From the NCBI GenBank assembly GCA_043228905.1, contig JBHGNT010000005.1, forward strand, positions 19,716,001 to 19,780,000: DNA of 64,000 bases, in the 5' to 3' direction. Below, piece after piece: positions 47,528 to 59,100 of the stretch (the stretch's first letter is position 1; the number at the start of each line of letters is the position of its first letter). This DNA is from Azolla caroliniana. Lineage: Eukaryota; Plantae; Polypodiophyta. The notes beneath the pieces were generated by a model that was not told the origin of the DNA, did no database searches, and saw only the letters and a program-made list of their open reading frames with translations. A program made the translations under genes and the position numbers.

Positions 47528-49679
47528 CTCACAAGTTATAATTGATCATTGATGGAATACATCCACAACTTTGCAACTTTACATCTCTCACACACAAGTT
47601 ATAATTTATCATTGAGGTCAATGCATGTCTTCAAATTTTACATGATGCAAAGGCTTGTGAAATGGAACTCTATAGGTTTGTTGACACTTTACGTTTAAAT
47701 TGTGAAGATTATACTATGCATGAAGCTTGGCGTATGTTTTGCAAAATGAAGGACTGGTTTCCCTCATTTGATGAAATTATGGCACACTACTTTGATTATT
47801 CCATCTAGCATGGTTTTATGTGAGAGAGGGTTCTCTAAGCAAAATCTCATCAAAGAGATGAAAAGAAATCGATTGAATATAGAACATTTAGATGATTTAA
47901 TGCGAGTCTCATTGAATGGGCCACACATTGAAGAAATGCAATGGGATTGTGTATATGAAAATTGGAATGCAAAGGATAGAAGGGTATAATATATTGTTTA
48001 GTGCGAATATTCGATGTATTTTGACAAACCGTCATTTGACGAGCAAAAAATTTGGAATATCGTTCTCATGACAAACAATGTTAGCCGTCAAAAGTCAACA
48101 CTGGGTATGATGACCAAATTTATAATAAGTGTGATAACCAAATTTATGATGATAATAACTGTTATCTTATACAGTATAAGATAATTACAAAGGTCTTGAC
48201 AAGTAAACTACAAAAGCATTTCCCAAAGTTGATACACATTGCCTAGGTACAGTTTTATTGCATCAGCATGTAGGAATATATTGCATAATGTATTGAATAT
48301 TCAAATAGTCATGGATTATGGACAACACATGCATCAAAAATTGATTATGGTGTAGTTAGATTTGGAGAGAGCTTATAATCATGTTGATTAGTCCTTTGCT
48401 TATTGGTTAATGCATACAATGGGCTTTGGACCACAAATTTCTTGCCTCATATTTTTATTGGACAATATGCGGCATCTCAAGTAATGCCTACTAGTGGAGT
48501 TACATATGATATTACCCTCATGAGATATGTTTTTCAAGGATACCTACATAGCCCATTGTTGTTTGCTATTGTTGTTTATCATTATTGGTGATGTTATCAA
48601 GGTTTGCAACAAATGGTGAAAGTATAGGCCTACAACTTCCATATGGGGGAAACTAGTAGTGTGAGCTTCGATAAACGATTCTTTCATGTTTCTATGAGCC
48701 TCAAAAGAGAGTCTTGAGAATGGGATGCTCATATGGAACTAAATTGCATTGGTATACTGATTACATATTAATCGAAGGAAGTATGACCTCGTCTCATGTA
48801 CTAAGAGGGATTTGGAATGTTTATGACACCAATGATAAGTAGGGTATCCATTAATAATGAATGTGACGAACGGTCAATTAATTAAATGGATATTTAGCAA
48901 GTTAATGGATAAGTTCATGACATATTGGAAGTCACAATCTTAGCAATTTCATGTATGCGTGAAGGTTGTATAATGTATTATATAGTCCATGATACTATAT
49001 TACTTGTCATTGCTACCATGGACTTGGAAGTTTTTTCATTTTGTTTTGCAACCTTTTTGCTATTTTTTGTGGAGAAAGAGAGATAAGATGGGAATCACAT
49101 GGACTACATGCAATCATATAGCAACCCCTAAGCTCTTGGGGAGAGTTGTGATATTGGACTTATGTCACATACATGTGTTGTCATGTCTAGATTCGAACTC
49201 TTCGTGAACCTCTTGTATATAGTAAAGTGTTATGTTCTAACTAACACATCCAAATACATGGTCATGGCATGCATATCTTAGTAGATTATCTATTCCAAGT
49301 TCTAAGAGTTTTTAGAAGCTTCCAGAAAGCTCCAAAAGCTTCTGCATGACAATGGGTCTATGCATGGAACTACATGCAGAGCACAGAAAAATGTATAAAT
49401 ACTTGTAACCTCCTTGGTTCCTTTCAAGGGATTCAACGCCAGTCACTAATATATTAATCTAGTTTCCTTGTTTCATGCTATATTGTCTACTTGATCTTCA
49501 TATTTGTCTTCATGCTCTCCAGTTAATCTTAGCTTCTTAAGTTCATAGTCTCATCACTCACAACTTCTATAGTTTCTAGCATCGTACTTCGAGTTCCATG
49601 TTCGTAACCTTATTGGTCATAGCCTCATCATCCATGCTCTATCATAGTCCAGGGTTGGTGTGTTCGTGATAGTTTGAAG

Positions 49680-50238
49680 CCCTTCGTTTTCTATCCTCGT
49701 CACCATCTCTATCTCTTAGTTTCTTCTCATCATTGTCTATGTCTTTTAGATTCTTTGCATCCTCCGCATCTCTATCTCTTAGTTTCTTCTCATCATCGTC
49801 TCTGTCGTTTAGATTCTTCTCATCCTCCACATCTCTATCTCTTAGTTTCTTCTCATCCTCCACATCGTTATCTCTTAGTTTCTTATCATCATTGTCTCTG
49901 TCTTTTAGTTTCTTCTCATCATTGTCTCTGTCTATGTGTTTCCTCTCATCAACATCCCTTTTCTTGTGCTTCTTGTCATCCTCAATATCCATGTCTTTGG
50001 GTTTCCTCTCATCCTCCACATCTCTATCTCTGTGTTTCTTATCATCATCGCCCTTATATGTTCACCTCTTATCATCTTCCACATCCCTATCTCTACATTT
50101 TTTGTCATTGTCATCCTTCTCTCCGTGTTTCCTTCCATTTTCATCTCTATCTTTGTGTTTCTTATCATCTTTGTCCCTTTCTCTATTTTTCCTATAGTCT
50201 TAATCCCTATTTATGTGTTTTCTATCATCCTCTATATC
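49680..50238. repeat. Degenerate 30/33-bp tandem repeat (minus strand reads DRDxDDEKKL/R)
   Basis: tcatcctccacatctctatctcttagtttcttc-like units decaying towards 50238, where a Copia LTR inserts. Confidence 0.85.
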
Positions 50239-51314
50239 TGTTGAGAGACAAGCTCAACATCGGCCGGATCGGCTGAGCAAGCTGAGGAACCGATCGGTAC
50301 CGGTACGGAGACCGGTGCGTAGGAAGGCCAGATCGGTGCAGAAACCGAGAGGCCTTCAGAAAGATATTCCGCAAGGAATATATTTGGGAGTTAGTGTAGG
50401 GGCTCCTTAATGAGCATTGAAGTACTGTCAGTACTTCTGTCAGTCCAAAAAGGACTTGTATAAAAGTGTTCATTGAACACACACGATGTACAGATTGAGT
50501 ATTATTTTGAATATAGTTCTGTTTTTACTCTCTCTCTCTGTCTCTCCCGTGCGTACTGTGCAAACCTAAGCTTTCCATTAAACCTGCGTTTTTTGTTGTT
50601 CGGTTTCCTATATTGCTTCCACACGCCATTCTTTTCATGGTATCAGAGCGTGAGGGTTGAGAACCTCTGCATTCGACTTTGCTTGAAGGAAAAACCAATG
50701 AAGAAGAACAAGAAAACCGATGGATAGAGGAATGGCTAGCTCACATCCGACGGAGAAGCTCAACAGAACCAACTACGCATCTTGGTCCTACAAGATGCAC
50801 CAGTACCTGCTTGGGCACGGTTACTGGAGCTATGTCGAAGGAGTGAATGACTCGGCACCCGAATTGACACACAAACTTCCAGGCGTGGGAACAATCGGCG
50901 AGCAAAGTGTTGTACTGTTTCGCGTCTTGTGTGGGCGAACAGCTATTAAACTACGTTCGGGATGCAAAAACGCCAAAGGGTGTGTGGGAAAATCTGAAGA
51001 AGATCTCGCCGCGAGCACCACAGCCAGGAAGCTTCAGCTCCGACAGGAGTTGAGCAACCTACGACAATGTGATTTGTAGGTGGCTGACTATACCTCGAAG
51101 ATCAAGGACATATTGTTGGGATTTCGGTCCCTCCGGATGGGATGTCCGTAGATAAATGACGGCAAGCCCGGTTGCGGTTACGAAACCGGAGGATGAAGAG
51201 TACCCGGCATGAAGCCGGATGAAGAGTACCCGGCTACGGATCCGGATGATGAAGACCCCGGCTACGGAGCCGGATGATGAAGACCCCGGCTATGGAGCCG
51301 GATGACGAATGTAC

Positions 51315-54300
51315 TGTTGCGCACGGTGCTCGGACACAACCGAGGAATAGGATCAAATCACAGAAAACGGGAAAATACAAAATGCACGAAGACAATAGAG
51401 AGAAGAGTACACAGGGTGTTTTACGTGGAAAACCCTAAATAATAAAAAAACCACGGGAGTCCTCAAACTCCAACTATCACTATGAACAGAGATGTACAAA
51501 GGTGTAGCTGCAAGGCAACAACCTTGAGCTCACTGTCTTCGCCACAGGCGGCGGTAATACACAGAGGCGTCGACCTCTTCCTCTCTCTCTCTCTCTCGGC
51601 TACTCTCACTTCGCTCTCTCGGCTGAAAACATAAAAATGAGCAACAACGACAAACAGTTTGCCCTAAGTCATATTTATACACATATGACTTTCAGGCTAT
51701 TTACAGATATAGCCTCAAGGGCCCTTGGCAAACATATTCACAAATATGTCCCCGCATCCGGATCTCTCTCTCCGGGTACCTTCATCATCCGGCTCCGTAA
51801 CCGGGGTCTTCATCATCCGGCTCCGTAGCCGGGGTCTTCATCATCCGGCTCCGTAGCCGTAACCGGGGTCTTCATCATCCGGCTCCGTAGCCGGGGTCTT
51901 CATCATTCGGCTCCGTAGCCGTAACCGGGCTTGCCGTCATTCATCTCCGGACATCCCATCCGGAGGGACCGATATCCCAACAAACTCCCCCTTCACTTCG
52001 GCATGGGATGTCTCTCCAATCCGATCCTCTTCCGGCATGCTTCCAGCTTGTCGGGTGTGAGCACTTTGGTCAGCATATCTGACCCGTTCTCGTCCGTGTG
52101 AATCTTCGTCAGCACGAACTCCTGGTCTTCTATCCTTTCCCGGATCCAGTGATATCTTCGCTGGATGTGCTTCGTCCGGGAGTGATAGGCCGCATTCTTC
52201 GCAAGATGGATGGCACTCTGACTGTCGCAATAGAGTCGGTACTCCTCCTGCCGGATACCAAGCTCTCTAATGAAGTCCTTCATCCATATTATTTCCTTGC
52301 CGGCTTCAACAGCCGCCATGTACTCCGCCTCCGTGGTTGACAACGCAACCGTCTTCTGCAGCCTCGACTGCCACGAAAACAGCTCCCCCTACATACGTCA
52401 TCACATACCCTGATGTGGACCGGCTGGTATCTGCGTCAGCCGACATATCCGAATCGGTAAAGCCGTCGAGTACGGGCTTACCGGAGCCGAATCGAAGGCA
52501 CACGTTTGCCGTGCCCTTCAGATATCGGAGTATCCACTTGGCCGCGTTCCAGTGCTCTTTGCCGGGATTGCTCATGTACCGGCTCACCACTCCGACTACA
52601 TATCCTATGTCCGGTCTTGTACACACCATTGCGTACATCAAGCTTCCGACGGCAGAGGCATATGGTACTTTCATCATGTCCTCCTTCTCAGCCTTTGTCT
52701 TAGGGCTTTGCTTGCTGGACAACTTGCAGTTTGCCGGGAGGGTCGATCCGACCGGTCTTGCTTCCGACATGTTGAACCGTTGAAGCACCTTTGTCACGTA
52801 CTTCTCCTGTGACAGCCACAACTGCTTCTTCTTCCGGTCCCGGATGATGTGCATCCCTAGTATTTGCCTCGCCGGACCCAAGTCCTTCATTGAGAAGGTT
52901 CGGTGAAGAGCCTTCTTCAGCATCCGTATCTTGACCTGGTCCCGTCCGACGATCAACATGTCGTCCACGTACAGGAGGAGTATTAGAAAGTCTCCTCCTT
53001 CGAACTTCTTCACAAACACGCAGTGATCGGATTGCGTTTTGTGGTACCCTTCGTCTGTCATGAAGGAATCGAACTTCCGGTACCACTGCCGGGGAGCCTG
53101 CTTCAGACCGTAAAGGCTCTTCTTCAACCGGCATACCAGGTGCTCATTCCGTTTCTTCTCGAATCCTTTCGGTTGCTGCATGTAGATCTCTTCTTCGAGG
53201 TCACCGTGAAGGAATGCCGTCTTCACGTCCATCTGTTCTACCTCGAGGTCCATGCTTGCCGCTATGCTCAGCACCGTCCGGATGGAGGTCATCTTCACTA
53301 CCGGGGCAAATATCTCGTCGAAGTCGACGCCCTTCTTCTGCTGAAACCCCTTCACCACGATCCTGGCTTTGTATCTCGGGGGGTTTCCGGCATCTCCCGG
53401 TTTCAGCTTGAACACCCACTTGTTTCGAAGTGCCCGCTTTCCTTTCGGCAACTCCACAAGTTCATATGTGTGGTTCTCATGCAGGGAATCCATCTCGTCC
53501 TGCATGGCACTCAACCATTTGCGGCTCTGGGTGTCATGCTTTGCTTCTTCAAAGCTCTCTGGCTCCCCCTCGTCGGTTAGCAGCACGTGCTCTGGTTCCG
53601 GAAATCTCCGGGGGGGCCCTTCTCTCTCTTAGAGGATATCTCCGTTCCGGAGCTTCGGTAACCGGCTCCTCCGTTTCCTCTTCATCCGAATCCATTTCGG
53701 GATCGGGGCCGGTTCCGGTATCAGTTTCATCTTCCTCGGCCGGTTCTGTTTCTTCACCGTCTTCGGCCGGATCCTCGAGTGCTAACCGGTCCCTTGCCAG
53801 TCGGGACTGCTCCTCGTAGAGTTGATCCTCACCGGTCAACTTGGAGCTCTTCATCTTCTTCTCCGATTCCCAGTCGGCGAGTGTCTTGTCCTCCATGAAG
53901 ATGATATCACGACTCCGGAATATCTTTTTGTCGACCGGGTCCCATACTCGGTAGCCGAACTCGTCATCGCCGTAACCGAGGAATATGCATGGCCGGGTCT
54001 TTGGATCTAGCTTTCCTCTCCGGTCCTTTGCCACATGCACATATGCGAGACACCCGAACACCTTCAGATGCCGGTAGGATACTTCCCTACTGGTCCACAC
54101 TCTCTGCGGCGTGTCTCCGTCCAAAGGTACTGAGGGTGATCGGTTTATCACGTATGTCGCCGTCGACATTGCCTCAGCCCAAAAACCCTTGGGTAATTTC
54201 GCATGCGCCAGCATACTCCGGACCCTCTCCATTATGGTCCGGTTCATCCTCTCGGCCAGCCCGTTCAGTTCCGGCGTCTTCGGCACAGTAAACTCGAGCC

Positions 54301-56055
54301 GGATTCCCTTCGAGCGACAGTACTCCTCAAACTGCCCCCGGTATTCCCCTCCGTTATCCGCTCGTATCGCTTTCAGCTCCTTGCCGGATTCCCTTTCCAC
54401 TCTCGCGTGGAGTTCTTTGAAGACGGACAATACTTGGTCCTTTGTCTTCAACGGTGCCGTCCACAGCTTCCGGCTATGGTCATCTATGAATGTTACGAAG
54501 TACTGGGCTCCGCCATGTGACTTCGTTTCTACTTGACACACGTCAGTGTGCACCAACTCCAATGGTGCGCTACGTCTCGTCGGTGGCCTTGAGTGGAAGG
54601 AGGTTCGGTTCTGTTTACCGGCCAGGCAATCGGTGCACTTCTCCAGGTGCACATGCTTCACTGGAATAAGGTTGTCTTCAACAAGCCTCTTCATCCCCTT
54701 CTCACTCATGTGACACAGTCTCTTGTGCCACAACTCACCGGCAGTATCGGCTGCCACGTTCAGCTCCTCCGGACATAGCCGGGAATTCATCAGGTACAGT
54801 GTGTTGATCTTCCGGGCCCGAGCCACTATCAGGCTCCCTTTGCTGAACTTCATGACACCGTTCCGGATGCTACCCGTGTAGCCTTCATCGTCTAGCCTCC
54901 CGGCCGAAATCAGGTTCAATCGAACCTCCGGAACGTGTCGGACATCCTTCAGCAGCATCTTGCATCCGGTTGATGTCATCAGCCACACGTCTCCTATGCC
55001 GGCAATCCGGCATGTACCTTCATTTCCCATCCGGACACAGCTGTGCTCACCGGCTGTGTAGGATGAGAAGTATTTCTTCTCCGGAGTCAGGTGGAACGAT
55101 GCTCCGGAATCGACCACCCAGGTCATCTCTTCACCGGCAAGGTTCAGCTCTGTCTCTTCGGTAATGAGCATTATCTCTTCTTCACTTGCCGCGAGTGCTG
55201 TCGTTCCTTTCCGGTCCTGCCCTCGCCGATCCGGACCTCTCCGGTCCGTGGCTCCCCGGTATGCACCGTTTCTCTCCGGTGACTTCTTCGAATCGGTGTC
55301 GTCGGCTCCGTTGTCCTTTCGGTAATGCCGACAATTCTTCCGGAAGTGCCCCGGCTTCCCACAGTGGAAGCATGTGGGTCTTCCTCTTGACTGCGACCGG
55401 GTTCCCGACTTCTCCCGTCTTTGCGGACTCCGGTTCCATTGTCTTCCCCGTTCCGATTCGGTAAGCAGCGCCTTCGAGTCGGTGGCCGGTTCTTTATCTC
55501 TCCGACGCGCTTCTTCATTTAGAATACTTGTCTTTACCGTTTGTAGAGACAAGTTATCTTCGGTGCAGGAGGTGCTGAGAGTCACCACCAAGTTCTCCCA
55601 GCTTTCCGGCAATGTACACATCAGAATGATGGCTTGCATTGCATCCTCCAACGGGAACTTGATCGCCGCAAGCTGGTTCACGAATCCCATGAACGTGCTC
55701 ACGTGTTCCACCATATTTTCGTCGTCCCGGTACTTGAGGTTCACTATCTTCCTCATCAGGGAGGTCCGGTTCAACGCATTCTTCCTCTCGTAGAGGCCCG
55801 ACAGCTTCTTCCACATCTCATATGCGTTGGTGTCGTTCGCCACATGTTGTAGAACGCTTACATCGACATATTGCCGGATTGTCGCTACGGCTTTCCGGTT
55901 CAGGAGCTTCCACTCCGACTCTATTACCCCCTTGGGTATCTCGGCATTGTCGATCGGTTCGTACAGGTCTCGGACGATGAGAAGGTCTTCCATCTTTATC
56001 TTCCAGTCGGCGTAGTTCTGTGAGTTCAAAACCATCATGCCCGGAGGCCCACTAC
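51315..56055 (-). mobile_element. Copia family A element A3 inserted antisense in the A2 5' LTR (5' end hidden in the gap)
   Basis: 3' LTR 51315-51982, PPT, gag-pol 51993-56055 with two +1 homopolymer frameshifts. Confidence 0.93.
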
Positions 56056-56155
56056 NNNNNNNNNNNNNNNNNNNNNNNNNNNNNNNNNNNNNNNNNNNNN
56101 NNNNNNNNNNNNNNNNNNNNNNNNNNNNNNNNNNNNNNNNNNNNNNNNNNNNNNN
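56056..56155. other. Assembly gap (100 N)
   Basis: N run; expected to hide the A3 5' LTR/PBS and part of the A2 LTR. Confidence 1.
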
Positions 56156-59100
56156 AAAACAGTTTATATGTTGTTGCTCATTTTTTCTGTTTTCTATTTA
56201 GAGGGAGCTAAGTGAGCAGCCGAGAGAGAGAGAGAGAGACGAAGAGGTCGTTGCCTCTGTGTATTACCGCCGCCTGTGGCGAAGACAGTGAGCTCAAGGT
56301 TGTTGCCTTGTAGCTTCACCATTGTACATCTCTGTTTATAGTGATAGTTGGAGTTTGAGGACTCCCGTGGTTTTTCCCATTTAGGGTTTTCCACGTAAAA
56401 CATCCTGTGTACTCTTCTCTCTATTGTCTTCGTGCATTTTGTATTTCCTGTTTTCTGTGAGTTGATCCTATTCCTCGGTTGTGGCCGAGCACTGTGTTTA
56501 ACAAAGTGGTATCAGAGCGACTGCAGTGCAGAAAATGGAAGGCGGCAGCAGCGGGCAGCCGGGGATGATGGTGCTGAATGCGCAGAACTACGCCGACTGG
56601 AAGATAAAGATGGAGGATCTGCTCATTGTTCGGGACCTGTATGAACCGATCGACAGGTCGGAAATACCCAAGGGGGTACTTGAGACGGAATGGAGGCTTT
56701 TGAACCGGAAAGCCGTTGCAACCATTCGGCAATACGTCGACGTGAGTGTTCTACAACATGTGGCGAACAACACCAACGCATATGAGATGTGGCGGAAGCT
56801 GTCGGGCCTCTACGAGAGGAAGAATGCGTTGAACCAGACCTCCCTGATGAGGAAGATAGTGAACCTCAAGTACCGGGACGGCGAGAGTATGGTGGAACAC
56901 GTAAGCACGTTCATGGGATTCGTGAACTAGCTTGCGGCGATCAAGTTCCCGTTGGAGGATGCAATGCAAGCCATCATCCTGATGTGTACGTTGCCGGAAA
57001 GCTGGGAGAACTTGGTGGTGACTCTCAGCACCTCCTGCACCGAAGATAACTTGTCCTTACAAACGGTAAAGACAAGCATTTTGAACGAAGAAGCGCGTCG
57101 GAGAGATAAAGAACCGGCCTCCGATCCGAAGATGTTGCTTACCGAATCGGATCGGGGAAGACAACGGAACCGGAGTCTGCAAAGACGGGAGAAGTCGGGG
57201 ACCCGGTCGCAGTCAAGAGGAAGGCCCACATGCTTCCACTGTGGGAAGCCGGGGCACTTTCGAAAGAACTGTCGGCATTACCAAAAAGACAACGGAGCCG
57301 ACGACACCGATTCGAAGAGGTCTTCGGAACGGAACGGTGCTTACCGGGGAGCCACGGACCGAAATGGTTCGGATCGGCGAGGGCAGGACCGGAAAGGAAC
57401 GACGGCACTCGCGGCAAGTGAAGAAGAGATAATGCTCATTACCGAAGAGAGGGAGCTGAACCTTGCCGGTGAAGAGATGACCTGGGTGGTCAATTCCGGA
57501 GCGTCGTTCCACCTGACCCCGGAGAAGAAATACTTCTCATCCTACACAGCTAGTGAGCACGGCTGTGTCCGGATGGGAAATGAAGGTACATGCCGGATTG
57601 CCGGCATAGGAGACGTGTGGCTGATGACATCAACCGGATGCAAGATGCTGCTGAAGGATGTCCGACACGTTCCAAAGGTCCGATTGAACCTGATTTCGGC
57701 CGGGAGGCTAGACGATGAAGGCTACACAGGTAGCATCCGGAACGGTGTCATGAAGTTCAGCAGAGGGAGCCTGATAGTGGCTCGGGCCCGGAAAGTCAAC
57801 ACACTGTACCTTATGAATGCCTGGTTGTGTCCGGAAGAGTTGAACGTGACAGCCGACACTGCCGGTGAGCTGTGGCACAAGAGACTGTGCCACATTAGTG
57901 AGAAGGGGATGAAGAGGCTCGCAGAAGACAACCTTATTCCAGTGAAGCACGTGCACCTGGAGAAGTGTACCGACTGTCTGGCCGGTAAGCAGAACCGAAC
58001 CTCCTTCCACTCAAGGCCACCGACGAGACGTAGCGCACCATTGGAGTTGGTGCACACTGACGTGTGTCAAGTAGAAACGAAGTCACATGGCGGAGCCCAG
58101 TACTTCGTGACATTCATTGATGACCACAGCCGGAAGCTGTGGACGGCACCGTTGAAGACAAAGGACCAAGTATTGTCCGTTTTCAAAGAACTCCACGCGA
58201 GAGTGGAAAGGGAATCCGGCAAGAAGCTGAAAGCGATACGAGCGGATAACGGAGGGGAATACCGGGGGCAGTTCGAGGAGTATTGTCGCTCGAAGGGAAT
58301 CCGGCTCGAATTTACTGTGCTGAAGACGCCGGAACTGAACGGGCTGGCCGAGAGGATGAACCGGACCATAATGGAGAGGGTCCGGAGTATGCTAGCACAT
58401 GCGAAATTACCCAAGGGATTTTGGGCTGAGGCAATGTCGACGGCGACATATGTGATAAATAGATCACCCTCAGTACCCCTGGATGGAGACACGCCACAGA
58501 GAGTGTGGACCGGTAAGGAAGTGTCCTACCGGCATCTGAAGGTGTTCGGGTGTCTTGCATACGTGCATGTGGCAAAGGACCGGAGAGGAAAGTTAGATCC
58601 AAAGACCCGGCCATGCATATTCCTCGGTTACGGCGACGACGAGTTCGGCTACCGAGTATGGGACCCGGTCGACAAGAAGATATTCAGGAGTCGAGATATC
58701 ATCTTCATGGAGGACAAGACACTCGCCGACTGGGAGTCGGAGAAGAAGACAAAGAGCTCCAAGTCGACCAGTGAGAATCAACTCTACGAGGAGCAGTCCC
58801 GACTGGCAAGGGACCGACCGAAGACGGTGAAGAAACAGAACCGGCCGAGGAAGATGAAACTGATACCGGAACCGGCCCCGATCCCGAAATGGATTCGGAT
58901 GAAGAGGAAACGGAAGAGCCGGTTACCGAAGCTCCGGAACGGAGATATCCTCTAAGAAAGAGAAGGGCCCCCCGGAGATTTCCGGAACCAGAGCACGTGC
59001 TGCTAACCGACGAGGGGGAGCCGGAGAGTTTTGAAGAAGCAAAGATTGACACCCGTAGCCGCAGGTGGTTAAGTGTCATGCAGGAGGAGATGGATTCCCT

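Larger units (their letters stand above)
42969..48103 (+). mobile_element. Defective hAT transposon with a C-terminal dimerisation-domain remnant (~47640-47990)
   Basis: TIRs CAATGTTGCCTTTTGAC / rc CAGTGTTGACTTTTGAC; perfect 8-bp TSD GGTATGAT; IPSSMVLCERGFSKQNLIK..RNRL..LDDLMRVSLNGP. Confidence 0.88.
42570..48173. mobile_element. MITE-like DNA element remnant (AACCG/CGGTT-rich end plus TATGACCAAATT repeats) hosting two hATs
   Basis: Flanked by a GTATAAG duplication; left end TAGCAATGGG with aaccg repeats; no clear right TIR. Confidence 0.5.
42480..49200 (+). mobile_element. Degenerate LINE RT fragment split by a 5.6-kb nested insertion (pieces 42480-42569 and 48174-~49200)
   Basis: ..WQPISLM..YK | YKIITKVLTSKLQKHFPKLIH..RNILHNV..LDLERAYNHVD..FQGYLHSPLLFAI. 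GTATAAG is duplicated at both junctions. Confidence 0.75.
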
